A program made the position numbers and the translations under genes. A model generated the notes under the pieces. That model worked only from the letters and a program-made list of their open reading frames with translations. It was not told the origin of the DNA and searched no databases. Shown piece after piece: positions 28,203 to 36,926 of a DNA stretch of 45,003 nucleotides (the first letter of the stretch is position 1; every line of letters begins with the position of its first letter). The stretch is from a virus: the UHGV virus genome UHGV-0019907; one strand, written 5' to 3'.

Positions 28203-28833
28203 AAAACAAGAAGATGGAACATATGCGCTTGTGTTGCGCGGTGATCTATGCAAAGAGAGTGATATTTTAATTCCAGAAGGCGCGGAAATCGCTATGCTTT
28301 ACAAAACAGGCGAGGTTGAGTTCTTTAAGGAAAATTATGATTATTTTTGGTTTGCGAAATTCCAAGAATGGAAATCAACAAAAAACGCTCCAAATTTCTA
28401 TAAAAACGCATCTGTTGTATGGCAACGCGAACAAGACGATCCATTCATAACGCCTGAAACCACGCTGAATGATCAATATGCGGAGATTGAACAGGTGCGT
28501 CAGGTAGAAATTCACGGAACTGTGAAAGCAAAGCCTGATTTTAATTTTGGGGCAGCACAGGCAAGCGGTGGGGTTGATGCAACACTGGCAGAACGTCAAT
28601 CCACTTACGGGAATTTTGAGGATGTGGCATTTGTCACTGAAAACATCATGTCTATTCTTGCGCAAGTTCGCGTTAATGGCTTGAATGATTTACCACATAC
28701 ACACCGCATGGCGTTATACATGATTGCTTCCAAAATGGCGCGTATTGTGAACGGTGATCCTGAATACTTTGATAACTGGCACGACATTGGCGGCTATGCA
28801 AAATTAATCGAAAAGCTGATTAAAGGAGAATAA
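28177..28833 (+). CDS. conserved hypothetical phage protein
   Basis: 218 aa with an AGGAGA RBS; C-terminal region ERQSTYGNFED...DNWHDIGGYAKL. Confidence 0.45.
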   Translation: MRNCREYLEKQEDGTYALVLRGDLCKESDILIPEGAEIAMLYKTGEVEFFKENYDYFWFAKFQEWKSTKNAPNFYKNASVVWQREQDDPFITPETTLNDQYAEIEQVRQVEIHGTVKAKPDFNFGAAQASGGVDATLAERQSTYGNFEDVAFVTENIMSILAQVRVNGLNDLPHTHRMALYMIASKMARIVNGDPEYFDNWHDIGGYAKLIEKLIKGE

Positions 28834-28835
28834 CA

Positions 28836-29192
28836 ATGGATAAGCTAACAATAGCAACCGAAGTGCTGCTTAAATTAATTGAAACAGATAAGACAGGTTT
28901 TGATGCAGAAGGGATTGCTGGCTATGCGTGGGAAATTGCCGACGCAATGCAAGCCGAAGCGGATAAGCGTAAACCTAGTGGATTGCCAGAAGCATTGTGC
29001 GAAGTAGATTGGAGTGTTGCTCCATCATGGGCTAAATACTGGGCAGTCAGAGATGGCGGCTATGAAGCTTTATGGTGTGTTAACAAGCCAACCGTAACAG
29101 ACGATTGCCTTTTATCTCATGGCGGATGTAGCCCAGCCCCATCATTCGGCTTTACAGGCACTCATATTGTGGAGCGTCCAAATGGCTTCTAA
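28836..29192 (+). CDS. hypothetical protein
   Basis: 118 aa with a GGAGAATAACA-ATG context. Confidence 0.4.
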   Translation: MDKLTIATEVLLKLIETDKTGFDAEGIAGYAWEIADAMQAEADKRKPSGLPEALCEVDWSVAPSWAKYWAVRDGGYEALWCVNKPTVTDDCLLSHGGCSPAPSFGFTGTHIVERPNGF

Positions 29193-29739
29193 ACGTAAAT
29201 ACAACCCAAACAAAGTCAGCCAGTTAATCCAGGCCAAGTCTATGCAAGTTCACCGCCTATGGATGCGGTACGACAACGACTTGATTGACCGAATCACGGA
29301 TGAATGGCTCAAGGACCACCCCAACGAGGATGTGGCCACCAACCTGCTATATCCACACATTGACGGCGACCTGATTATTGCGATTAAACACCGTTTAATA
29401 TCATTGGAACAGAAATGGCATATCAAACTAACTTTAGAGTTAGACGATGACACAGAAGCAGAATTGATTTTTGACTTACCAAAAGCACACTTGAAAGACA
29501 TTAAATTGCCGACTGCTGAGTTTAAGATTGACCGCGGCAATGGGATCAAAACGCGCTGGAAAGGTTTAGACAAAGAAGTCGAGGATGCACTTAAACCTTT
29601 GGAAGCGGAAGGCGTAGGATGTGTCAGAACATGGGCTTATATTGCGGTTGAAACGCCTTTTAAATCTAAGGCGGATTATTCATATTTCGTTCAGGAAAAG
29701 GCACTTCGATTGATGTTAGGGGAGATGGTGGCGGCATAG
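29182..29739 (+). CDS. hypothetical protein
   Basis: Start at MASKRKYN overlapping the upstream stop (ATGGCTTCTAA); 185 aa. Confidence 0.45.
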   Translation: MASKRKYNPNKVSQLIQAKSMQVHRLWMRYDNDLIDRITDEWLKDHPNEDVATNLLYPHIDGDLIIAIKHRLISLEQKWHIKLTLELDDDTEAELIFDLPKAHLKDIKLPTAEFKIDRGNGIKTRWKGLDKEVEDALKPLEAEGVGCVRTWAYIAVETPFKSKADYSYFVQEKALRLMLGEMVAA

Positions 29740-29757
29740 TGCGCCGCGTTAACATAA

Positions 29758-29782
29758 GACCCTGCACCAGTCAGGGTTTTGT
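29758..29782 (+). terminator. rho-independent terminator
   Basis: accctg-caccagt-cagggtttt. Confidence 0.5.
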
Positions 29783-29828
29783 GCTATATTGAGCATAGTA
29801 TTATTTAGCTAGGGGCTAAAGAATAGCG

Positions 29829-30230
29829 ATGGCAGAGCCAAAACTAACGCTGAAACAACGGCGATTTATTGAAGAATATTTGATTGATTTTAACGGCTGT
29901 CAAGCTGCGATTCGTGCTGGGTATAGTGAGAGTTCAGCAAAGGAGATTGCAGCAGAAAACTTAACGAAACCTAACATAAAATCAGAAATTGACAGATTGA
30001 CCGCGCAAATGACTGAAAAAGCTATAGTTACCAAAGAAATGGTGCTTCAAGGGTTGCTTGATGAAGCTAGAATGTACGATGAAGGTGCAAGCCATTCAGC
30101 GCGTGTTAGTGCGTGGGCGCATTTAGGCAAGCATTTGGGCATCTTCATGGATAAAGTGGAGCTTAGCGGCAAAGTCGAAGTCACTTCACTAGGTTCACTC
30201 ATTGACGAGTTATCAGAAGATGAGTCTTGA
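29829..30230 (+). CDS. terminase small subunit
   Basis: LTLKQRRFIEEYLIDFNGCQAAIRAGYSESSAKEIAAENLTKPNI (Terminase_2 / P27-family pattern). Confidence 0.75.
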   Translation: MAEPKLTLKQRRFIEEYLIDFNGCQAAIRAGYSESSAKEIAAENLTKPNIKSEIDRLTAQMTEKAIVTKEMVLQGLLDEARMYDEGASHSARVSAWAHLGKHLGIFMDKVELSGKVEVTSLGSLIDELSEDES

Positions 30231-31710
30231 GCCTGAACACATTGCGAAGTTGAAAGATCGGCTTTGGAGGTTGAATCACCTCTATTTTATCGAGGACAAG
30301 GAAAACAAATCTGTCCGCTTTAAGATGACTGCCGAGCAGCTTGAATATTACGAGAACATGCACTCGCGCAATGTCATCCTGAAAGCGCGTCAGCTTGGTT
30401 TTACAACCGAGTGCTGCATCATTCAGCTTGACCTTGCATTGTTTCACTCGAAGCATTGTGCATTGATTGCGCATACCTTGCCTGATGCTGAGCGGTTATT
30501 TCGCAATAAAACCAAATACGCTTATGATCGCCTGCCCGAGCAAATCAAGGCAGCGAATCCAATCGTCAAGGAAACAACGTCCGAGCTTGTTTTTCAAAAA
30601 GGCGGCTCTATTACCGTTTCCACTTCATTTCGTGGCGGTACGCTTTATAGCTTGCATGTTTCCGAGTTCGGTAAAATCTGCGCCAAGCATCCGCATAAAG
30701 CGCGCGAAATCGTCACAGGTGCATTTGAAGCTGTGCCAAAGAACGGCAAGATCACACTTGAATCAACAGCAGAGGGTCGTTCGGGCTACTTCTTTGATTA
30801 CTGTCAGGAATCAGAAAATAACGCCTTAAAAGGCAAGCAGTTAGGCATTTTGGACTGGAAGTTCTTTTTCTTCTCATGGTGGAAAAATAAGGATTATCAG
30901 ATTGAAGTGACCGAGCCATTATCCGCAAGACTGATAGAGTACTTTGATAACCTGGAAGCTAAATACGGTATCAAGACCACGCCTGAACAACGTGCCTGGT
31001 ATGCGTCAAAAGAGAAAACGCTAGGCGAGGATATGAAGCGTGAGTATCCGTCTATTCCAGCCGAAGCATTTGCTCAATCGGTTGAGGGTGCGTATTACGC
31101 TAAACAGTTTAAAGACCTGTACGCGAAAGGTCGTATAACCGAGTTGCCAGACAATAGCCATCTGCCAGTTCATACTGCTTGGGATATTGGTGTAGGCGAT
31201 TCTACAGCGATTTGGTTTTTCAGATTGGTTGGTCAGGAAATCCATGTAATAGATTACTACGAAAACTCAGGTGAAGGCTTGCGTCATTATATGACCATTC
31301 TCAAACGCAAAGGTTACAAGTACGGTTATCACTATGGACCACACGACTTGAATAACAAAGAGTTTGGCTCTGATGCTAAATCACGCTATGACATTGCCCG
31401 CGAGGGATATGAGATTGATGGGCAAGTCTACCGTTTGACATTTGAAGTGCTACCACGCGCGGGAATTGATGACGGTATCGAACAGGTGCGCGAGATATTG
31501 CCACGCTGCGTATTTGATGAGCATAAGTGTGATGAAGGTATTTCACATTTAGAAAACTATCGCAAGGAATGGGATGATAAACGCGGATGCTGGAAAGATA
31601 GACCGCTGCATGACCACACTTCGCATGGCGCGGATGCTTTCCGTTATTTAGCCAATAGTCAGACGAAACGACATAAAGCAAAACGTGTAAATATTTCGAC
31701 AGTGTATTGA
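30220..31710 (+). CDS. terminase large subunit
   Basis: Walker-A-like KARQLGFTT and a C-terminal nuclease-domain motif HDHTSHGADAFRY. The ATG at 30220 overlaps the TerS stop; the track shows TTG at 30202. Confidence 0.85.
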   Translation: MSLEPEHIAKLKDRLWRLNHLYFIEDKENKSVRFKMTAEQLEYYENMHSRNVILKARQLGFTTECCIIQLDLALFHSKHCALIAHTLPDAERLFRNKTKYAYDRLPEQIKAANPIVKETTSELVFQKGGSITVSTSFRGGTLYSLHVSEFGKICAKHPHKAREIVTGAFEAVPKNGKITLESTAEGRSGYFFDYCQESENNALKGKQLGILDWKFFFFSWWKNKDYQIEVTEPLSARLIEYFDNLEAKYGIKTTPEQRAWYASKEKTLGEDMKREYPSIPAEAFAQSVEGAYYAKQFKDLYAKGRITELPDNSHLPVHTAWDIGVGDSTAIWFFRLVGQEIHVIDYYENSGEGLRHYMTILKRKGYKYGYHYGPHDLNNKEFGSDAKSRYDIAREGYEIDGQVYRLTFEVLPRAGIDDGIEQVREILPRCVFDEHKCDEGISHLENYRKEWDDKRGCWKDRPLHDHTSHGADAFRYLANSQTKRHKAKRVNISTVY

Positions 31711-31974
31711 CATTGGTTTTGGTGCAGTGGTAATATTCTATTATTGATTGAATCCATGCGCGACATGGTAGTAAGTATAGCGCCTTATTTGGTTTGGTCG
31801 CTAGATTCAAAGCTGACTATACGCTTAAGACGAATCATGCAACTATTCGCACGTTGCCGATCAATAAAATAAGCAAGTAGATTGCAGATAGCTTGGGGCA
31901 TGAAATCCCGATTGATGTTTGCTTGCTTTCTAGGTTATTCAGCCTAGTGACCGCCCGAAAGTGGGCAATTTTAG

Positions 31975-32074
31975 AGAGTGAATGAGGTGTACTGGTTGCA
32001 TTGCATTCAGCATAGAAATATGTATCGGGTAAGGCGCTGCCGATGGACTAGGTTCGATTCCTGGCGTTCACTCT
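31975..32074 (+). ncRNA. tRNA-like minihelix element (10 bp acceptor-like stem + canonical T-arm); not a canonical tRNA
   Basis: agagtgaatg (31975-84) pairs with cgttcactct (32065-74) with one G.U. The T-arm ctagg-TTCGATT-cctgg at 32048-64 is directly adjacent. The interior does not fold as D or anticodon arms by eye. Confidence 0.25.
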
Positions 32075-32233
32075 ACTAAAGTTCAAACCCGTGATACATC
32101 GGGAGCTTGCGAAAGTCTTTAGTCCTCAGACTTTAAATAAGTAACAAGCCAAAGTATGAATGTATCAAGTGTTTCCCTAACATGGGGGAGTTACCGCAGT
32201 AGCCGCGCTGTACACGAAAGGCGGTAATAACTA

Positions 32234-32262
32234 AGCCTTGCTATATGCAGGGCTTTTTTATA
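32234..32262 (+). terminator. rho-independent terminator ending the non-coding structured segment
   Basis: agccttgc-tata-tgcagggct followed by TTTTTT. Confidence 0.6.
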
Positions 32263-32290
32263 CCTTAAAGAAAATAACAGGGAGTTGGCT

Positions 32291-32398
32291 ATGCTTGCAT
32301 TTATCAAAAGACTGCTGTGCTTTCATCACTACGATTATCAATCAGACATATTTCGGCAAACTGAATGCCGGAAATGCGGAAAATACAAGGCCGATTAA
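32291..32398 (+). CDS. putative 35 aa Cys/His mini-protein
   Basis: AGGGAG RBS 6 nt upstream; MLAFIKRLLCFHHYDYQSDIFRQTECRKCGKYKAD. Ends in the terminator at 32389-32409. Confidence 0.3.
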   Translation: MLAFIKRLLCFHHYDYQSDIFRQTECRKCGKYKAD

Positions 32399-32409
32399 TG
32401 GCCTTTTTT
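32389..32409 (+). terminator. rho-independent terminator
   Basis: ggcc-gattaat-ggcc followed by TTTTTT. Confidence 0.5.
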
Positions 32410-32414
32410 GATGC

Positions 32415-32443
32415 TTGACAATTGGTATTTATAATAACATAAT
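32415..32443 (+). promoter_or_regulatory. sigma70-like promoter
   Basis: TTGACA-N17-CATAAT upstream of the 32467 gene. Confidence 0.5.
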
Positions 32444-32466
32444 GACATAAAGTTAAGGAGATAAGC

Positions 32467-32715
32467 ATGAACACAGCAATCAAATACGCAAACGAAAACG
32501 GTATCGAAGCACTTAAAGACGCGCTGCCTGTATCACTCAAGCCGTCAACAAATGAATCAATCGTTCTGGACGGCATTCGCATTAACCTAGCCGATGCTTT
32601 TGAAGTGGTCGCAGCGAGTGACTTTGTAGAAAAGTTTAACGCATTGCCTTGCCTGTACGATGATTTAGCAGAGAAGGCGCGTTATTTCGAGATTATGTCG
32701 GAGGTGGAGGCGTGA
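32467..32715 (+). CDS. hypothetical protein
   Basis: 82 aa with a TAAGGAGA RBS. Confidence 0.45.
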   Translation: MNTAIKYANENGIEALKDALPVSLKPSTNESIVLDGIRINLADAFEVVAASDFVEKFNALPCLYDDLAEKARYFEIMSEVEA

Positions 32716-32790
32716 GCAGTCGTGAATTTGTGGCAGGATTGGTCTTGCTGCCTTTCGCTTTATTTATTGTTTATACAGGAGCGTTGATTA

Positions 32791-32985
32791 ATGGATTTTA
32801 AGGAATGGAGTAAATACAATTTAGGCTATACAGGCGAAGATGCATACAAAGCCGGCCAACAAAGTAAACAGGCGGAGATTGATGCGCTCAAAGCGAAAAT
32901 AGATGGCGTGTTAGAACTTATGCGCCATCCAATGAGAGGAACAACATCGGACTTGCTGTCAGATATAGAGGATATTTTGGGATGA
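32791..32985 (+). CDS. hypothetical protein
   Basis: 64 aa with AGGAG 10 nt upstream. Confidence 0.4.
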   Translation: MDFKEWSKYNLGYTGEDAYKAGQQSKQAEIDALKAKIDGVLELMRHPMRGTTSDLLSDIEDILG

Positions 32986-33194
32986 ACATTGAAACAATGC
33001 AAAAAATTGTAGACGGTGCGCCTAAGTGGGCGGATACATACCTTTTTCATGGTATATATTCTGATTCAAAAATTGTTGATTGTGGCGCTATAGGCATTCC
33101 ATTGGACAACCTACGCACCGAACTAGCCAAACGCGAACCAATGGATTTGCGAGATGTAGATATTCCACACGGCACAATTGTTTTGGAGAAGTAG
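32982..33194 (+). CDS. hypothetical protein
   Basis: 70 aa; ATGA overlap with the upstream gene. Confidence 0.4.
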   Translation: MNIETMQKIVDGAPKWADTYLFHGIYSDSKIVDCGAIGIPLDNLRTELAKREPMDLRDVDIPHGTIVLEK

Positions 33195-33195
33195 A

Positions 33196-33378
33196 ATGAA
33201 TCACGGTTGGTATGAAATTATGGATAGACTTTTTGTTTTTCAGCAAGGGATTGAAGAACACGTTAAAAACCATCAGGCGAGCGATGACGAGTTAAAGCGA
33301 TTGATTGATGAAGCACAAGAGAAGTTAGCTGATGCTTATCAATATGCAGGCGGAAAGGCTTTAGAGGGTGAGGAATGA
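33196..33378 (+). CDS. hypothetical protein
   Basis: Start at MNHGWYE with a GGAGAAGTAGA-ATG context; 60 aa. Confidence 0.4.
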   Translation: MNHGWYEIMDRLFVFQQGIEEHVKNHQASDDELKRLIDEAQEKLADAYQYAGGKALEGEE

Positions 33379-33515
33379 ATATAAACATAGCCATGTTGAC
33401 CATAACAGCGATATTGTTTTTCTTTGGATTTATTGATTTCGAGAAAGCTGTACTCTCTATCATGTCAATTGCCTGCTTTTTTCTATATGACATACACAAG
33501 GAATTAAGAAAATGA
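33375..33515 (+). CDS. 46 aa membrane peptide (2 TM)
   Basis: ATGA overlaps on both sides; MNINIAMLTITAILFFFGFIDFEKAVLSIMSIACFFLYDIHKELRK. Confidence 0.35.
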   Translation: MNINIAMLTITAILFFFGFIDFEKAVLSIMSIACFFLYDIHKELRK

Positions 33516-33724
33516 CCCCACAACAAATTAAAGCAAATGCACCGGAAGGGGCGCAATACTATTGCGAATATCCAATAACAATCTACGACAAGAGAGGATC
33601 GTATTTAAAGTCTAGATTTAAATTATTGTTTAGATGGGAGTGTGGCAAATGGGTTTTTATATGTTTCCCATTTCGACAAGGAGACTGTGAGAAGAACGGC
33701 TATATTAAACTCAAGCCCCTATAA
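33512..33724 (+). CDS. small protein of the 'APEGA...KPL' paralog family (copy B)
   Basis: QIKANAPEGAQYY...IKLKPL, with its stop in the terminator loop. Confidence 0.5.
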   Translation: MTPQQIKANAPEGAQYYCEYPITIYDKRGSYLKSRFKLLFRWECGKWVFICFPFRQGDCEKNGYIKLKPL

Positions 33725-33738
33725 CAGGGCTTTTTTAT
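33712..33738 (+). terminator. rho-independent terminator
   Basis: agcccc-tataac-agggct followed by TTTTTT. Confidence 0.6.
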
Positions 33739-33740
33739 TG

Positions 33741-33770
33741 CTATAATAAGAAAAACTTATATAGGGTTAG
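33741..33770 (+). promoter_or_regulatory. conserved palindromic element TATAAG-AAAAA-CTTATA + GGGTTAG (copy 2)
   Basis: Matches 11655-11686; directly precedes the portal start codon. Confidence 0.4.
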
Positions 33771-33774
33771 AAAA

Positions 33775-35172
33775 ATGTCAGTAGATTTTCAGCATTTAGA
33801 TTATTTAGAAAATGCCGACAGATGGCAGATGATGCAGGACGTATGCAGTGGCTCACGTGCGGTCAAGAAAGCAAAAACACTGTATCTGCCTATGATTAAC
33901 TTTTGCGACAATCCAGACCAAAACTGGGCGCGTTACCAAGCATATTTAAAACGTGCCGTTTTCTATCCGATCACAAAGAATACTTTGCAGACGCATATCG
34001 GCCTGGCTTTTGCAGAAGATCCGACTTTTGACCCTGACGGCATGGATTTTCTCAAGGACAACGCGGACGGCTTAGGCACTTCGATTTATCAGCTCAATCA
34101 GAAAGCTTTAAGCCTGTTGCTCAAATTTGGTCGTGGCGGATTCTTGGTGGACTATCCGACCACTCAAGGCGGGGTAACACCAGCCGACATTCAAACGCGC
34201 GGCATACGGCCAATCATGGCGTTATACGACGCATTTAACATCATTAACTGGCGTGTTAAGAAGATTGGCAATGAATTTCGCACCTCTTTGGTCGTTTTGC
34301 GCGAATTTGCGACGCAAACAGACCCACTAAATGAGTTTCAGGATAAGGTTGTCACAAACTACCGCGTACTTCGCCTAGATGAGAATAACGAATATTTGAT
34401 TCAAGTCTATTCAGACAGCACAGGCGAAATGCTGGCGGGTGAATTGATTTACCCGACTATCAATGGCAAACGTTTAAATGAAATCCTGTTTTTCCCAATC
34501 GGGGCGCAGGTTAATGACTTTTCAATTGACGAAATCCCGCTTGAACCAGTGGCCGAAATCAACCTGGCACATTACCGCAACAGTGCCGAGTACGAGCAAT
34601 CGGTATTCTTCACTAACCAAGTGCAGCCTGTTTTTAGTGAGCTAGACCATGATGATGCTGACCGTTTAGAGCAAGACGGCGTGATGTTGGGCAGTGCAAC
34701 ACCGCTCGTTCTACGTGGAACCGGGAAGTTCGCCTACGCAACCGCACCAATTGACACGTTGGCAAAAGAAGCGATGGATGACAAAAAACAGTACATGCAG
34801 GACTTGGGCGCGAAATTGCTTGATTCCAACGCAGTAAATAAGACCGCCACGCAGATTAACTCCGAAGATGCTACAAATCACTCTGTCTTGTCGCTGTGCG
34901 TGTCGAACCTGAATGAAGCTATGGAGTACTGCCTGAAATGGTGTGCAGCGTTTTACGGTTCAGGCAGCAATGCTCGCTTCACGATTAAGCAGGACTTTGC
35001 GCGTGGTCGCATTTCACTGGAGGATTTAAAATTCTACCAATCGGAAGTTGTCGCAGGTCGAATGAGCGCAAAAACGCTGCATGAGATTATGTCTACAGGT
35101 AAAATTCCAGAGCTGGATTTTGATGAGGAACGACTCAGAATCGAGGAATCTAAGACGCAAAGTTTTGTATAA
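33775..35172 (+). CDS. portal protein (putative)
   Basis: 465 aa; first large gene after terminase and upstream of the Mu-F-like, scaffold and capsid genes. Assigned by position and size only. Confidence 0.55.
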   Translation: MSVDFQHLDYLENADRWQMMQDVCSGSRAVKKAKTLYLPMINFCDNPDQNWARYQAYLKRAVFYPITKNTLQTHIGLAFAEDPTFDPDGMDFLKDNADGLGTSIYQLNQKALSLLLKFGRGGFLVDYPTTQGGVTPADIQTRGIRPIMALYDAFNIINWRVKKIGNEFRTSLVVLREFATQTDPLNEFQDKVVTNYRVLRLDENNEYLIQVYSDSTGEMLAGELIYPTINGKRLNEILFFPIGAQVNDFSIDEIPLEPVAEINLAHYRNSAEYEQSVFFTNQVQPVFSELDHDDADRLEQDGVMLGSATPLVLRGTGKFAYATAPIDTLAKEAMDDKKQYMQDLGAKLLDSNAVNKTATQINSEDATNHSVLSLCVSNLNEAMEYCLKWCAAFYGSGSNARFTIKQDFARGRISLEDLKFYQSEVVAGRMSAKTLHEIMSTGKIPELDFDEERLRIEESKTQSFV

Positions 35173-35188
35173 AATTACCCATGAAATT

Positions 35189-35211
35189 AGCCCCAGAAAT
35201 GGGGCTTTTTA
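35189..35211 (+). terminator. rho-independent terminator
   Basis: agcccc-agaaat-ggggct followed by TTTTT. Confidence 0.65.
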
Positions 35212-35427
35212 CTGCTCAAAATTTGATCATTTAGGACATAATCTTATAAAAGCTCTATGTGATATATAATGATAATATGTTCTTATAATTTACGTGTTTT
35301 TCTATAATTTCCTTATACCAGTTGTATAAGATGTTATAAGATAAATAGTAGATTCTGGTAAGTTTACCAACAATGGAATTATTCTCAATTACGTGCTATT
35401 ATCTCCAAAATTATAGGAGAAAATACT

Positions 35428-35691
35428 ATGTCTATCGCGCAATCAGAAGATAAAGAAATTCAGTATATCTATAGCTTGAGATTTGATTTAAAAAAGCGAA
35501 TGAAGAAAGCAATCAAAAGAACAGGATTGTCACGCGCTGAAATCAACATGAAAGTTTCAAAAGCTGCTGGTAAATTTACAGAGGGGAAGGATCATTTAAA
35601 TTATATGACCTCACTGAAATACTATCTTGAGAATGGCGACATTGATTCCGAGCAGCATGAAAGAATTGCAAAACTGATAGATAAACTGTGA
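35428..35691 (+). CDS. hypothetical protein with possible HTH
   Basis: 87 aa with an AGGAGA RBS; RTGLSRAEINMKVSKAAGKF segment. Downstream of an AT-rich region carrying repeated TTATAAG. Confidence 0.4.
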   Translation: MSIAQSEDKEIQYIYSLRFDLKKRMKKAIKRTGLSRAEINMKVSKAAGKFTEGKDHLNYMTSLKYYLENGDIDSEQHERIAKLIDKL

Positions 35692-35784
35692 TATAATTTA
35701 GACACGGCTAGGCTGATCCCCGAAAAGACGATTCGTTACCGTCCTGCCGTGCTACAGAGTAACGACCCTAACGAGGATTGAAGA

Positions 35785-36348
35785 ATGCGATTATTTGTAG
35801 ATATTGGCATCGATGATGTGCTTGGCTCAGTAAAGACAAAAGAACACAGACTTTGGGTTGATATGCTCACCAGAAGCTATGATGAAAAACTACACCAAAG
35901 ACAACCAACATACCTAGACTGCGAAACATCAAGTGATTTTTTGGTTTTCTCTAAATTTCGCGACTGGTGTCAAAATCAAATAGGATTCAATCAGCCAAAA
36001 TTCGAGCTTGATAAAGACCTGTTAGAGAAGGGCAATAAGGAATACCACCCCGATAAATGTGTTTTTATTCCTAGGGCTATAAATTCAGCACTAAAAACAA
36101 GAAAGAAGATGCGCGGCAATTTACCAATAGGTGTCACCTCAAACAAATGTGGCTCTTATATTGCCCAAATAAACGATAGCCTAGGGAAAAGGTATCTTGG
36201 CAGCTTCCCCACTCCAGAACAAGCCTTTCAAGCCTACAAGGTGGCCAAAGAAAACCACCTCAAACTACTTGCTGAAAAATACCGCGACCAAATCGACCCT
36301 AGAGCCTATGAAGCACTTTTAAATTACAAAGTTGAAATAACTGATTAA
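35785..36348 (+). CDS. HNH homing endonuclease with C-terminal AP2 DNA-binding domain
   Basis: ELDKDLLEKGNKEYHPDKCVFIPRAIN (HNH_3-like) and LPIGVTSNKCGSYIAQINDSLGKRYLGSFPTPEQAFQAYKVAKENH (AP2 pattern). Confidence 0.65.
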   Translation: MRLFVDIGIDDVLGSVKTKEHRLWVDMLTRSYDEKLHQRQPTYLDCETSSDFLVFSKFRDWCQNQIGFNQPKFELDKDLLEKGNKEYHPDKCVFIPRAINSALKTRKKMRGNLPIGVTSNKCGSYIAQINDSLGKRYLGSFPTPEQAFQAYKVAKENHLKLLAEKYRDQIDPRAYEALLNYKVEITD

Positions 36349-36409
36349 TAATATGTTGACATAGATCACAAGGATGTGTATCTTTTAATCACTACTTAGG
36401 AGAATGAAC

Positions 36410-36514
36410 ATGAAAGCACTTTTACTAATTATTTCCGTACTGATGATGATTTTTGTGAACGTCATTTTCGGTTTTCTAATGCTGGTGCTGGTTGCGCTGT
36501 TTGTGAAGGATTGA
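36410..36514 (+). CDS. 34 aa hydrophobic membrane peptide
   Basis: MKALLLIISVLMMIFVNVIFGFLMLVLVALFVKD, with AGGAGA 6 nt upstream and a TTGACA-N17-TATCTT promoter. Confidence 0.35.
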   Translation: MKALLLIISVLMMIFVNVIFGFLMLVLVALFVKD

Positions 36515-36518
36515 AGAT

Positions 36519-36704
36519 ATGATTACATGGGTAACAGTTTGGGTTTTAACAGTGCAGACTTGCTATGACTGTAATTCAAATACAGCATATCAACTAACAT
36601 ACGCAACAAAAGAGATATGCGAGAAGCAGTTGGCAAAACATAGCAAATCGTACAGCAAAAGCGCACGTTGCGACTTTCAACAAATTCCAGTGGTGAAGAA
36701 ATGA
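36519..36704 (+). CDS. hypothetical small protein with N-terminal hydrophobic segment
   Basis: 61 aa, MITWVTVWVLTV..., 4 Cys. Confidence 0.35.
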   Translation: MITWVTVWVLTVQTCYDCNSNTAYQLTYATKEICEKQLAKHSKSYSKSARCDFQQIPVVKK

Positions 36705-36790
36705 ACTACCAAGACAACCCAGTTTTAACCACTGTAATTTCAATGTTAATCGGCCTTGCAATCGCAGGCATTTGGATAGTAGGGCTTTGA
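36701..36790 (+). CDS. 29 aa membrane peptide
   Basis: ATGA overlap with the upstream gene; MNYQDNPVLTTVISMLIGLAIAGIWIVGL. Confidence 0.3.
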   Translation: MNYQDNPVLTTVISMLIGLAIAGIWIVGL

Positions 36791-36791
36791 T

Positions 36792-36926
36792 ATGATCATC
36801 CTAGCAGCAATAATAGCCCTGATTTGCGCTGTAATCGCGTTAGAGCTACGTTACAAGGTTAAGCGTACCAACTACATAGAACGGAAAGAAATCGATCAAA
36901 TACGAGCATTCAGGAGCAAATGGTAA
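36792..36926 (+). CDS. 44 aa membrane peptide
   Basis: MIILAAIIALICAVIALELRYKVKRTNYIERKEIDQIRAFRSKW; its stop overlaps the next start (TAATG). Confidence 0.3.
   Translation: MIILAAIIALICAVIALELRYKVKRTNYIERKEIDQIRAFRSKW

Noticed and set aside
31376-31810. 144 aa - strand ORF.
   Set aside because: It overlaps the terminase large subunit 3' end on the opposite strand with no start signals. Its Cys/His-rich translation is typical of an antisense artefact.
31756-31896. 46 aa Arg-rich ORF inside the non-coding structured segment.
   Set aside because: No RBS and arbitrary composition. The region is more consistent with structured RNA.
31975-32074. Canonical tRNA gene call.
   Set aside because: The T-arm and an acceptor-like stem are present. 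However, at ~100 nt between stem strands I cannot fold a D-arm or a 7-nt anticodon loop with a 5 bp stem by eye. It is therefore reported only as a tRNA-like element pending tRNAscan-SE or ARAGORN.
32712-32801. 29 aa GTG-initiated hydrophobic peptide overlapping the start of the 32791 gene.
   Set aside because: Non-ATG start with no RBS, and it overlaps the RBS/start of a better-supported gene.
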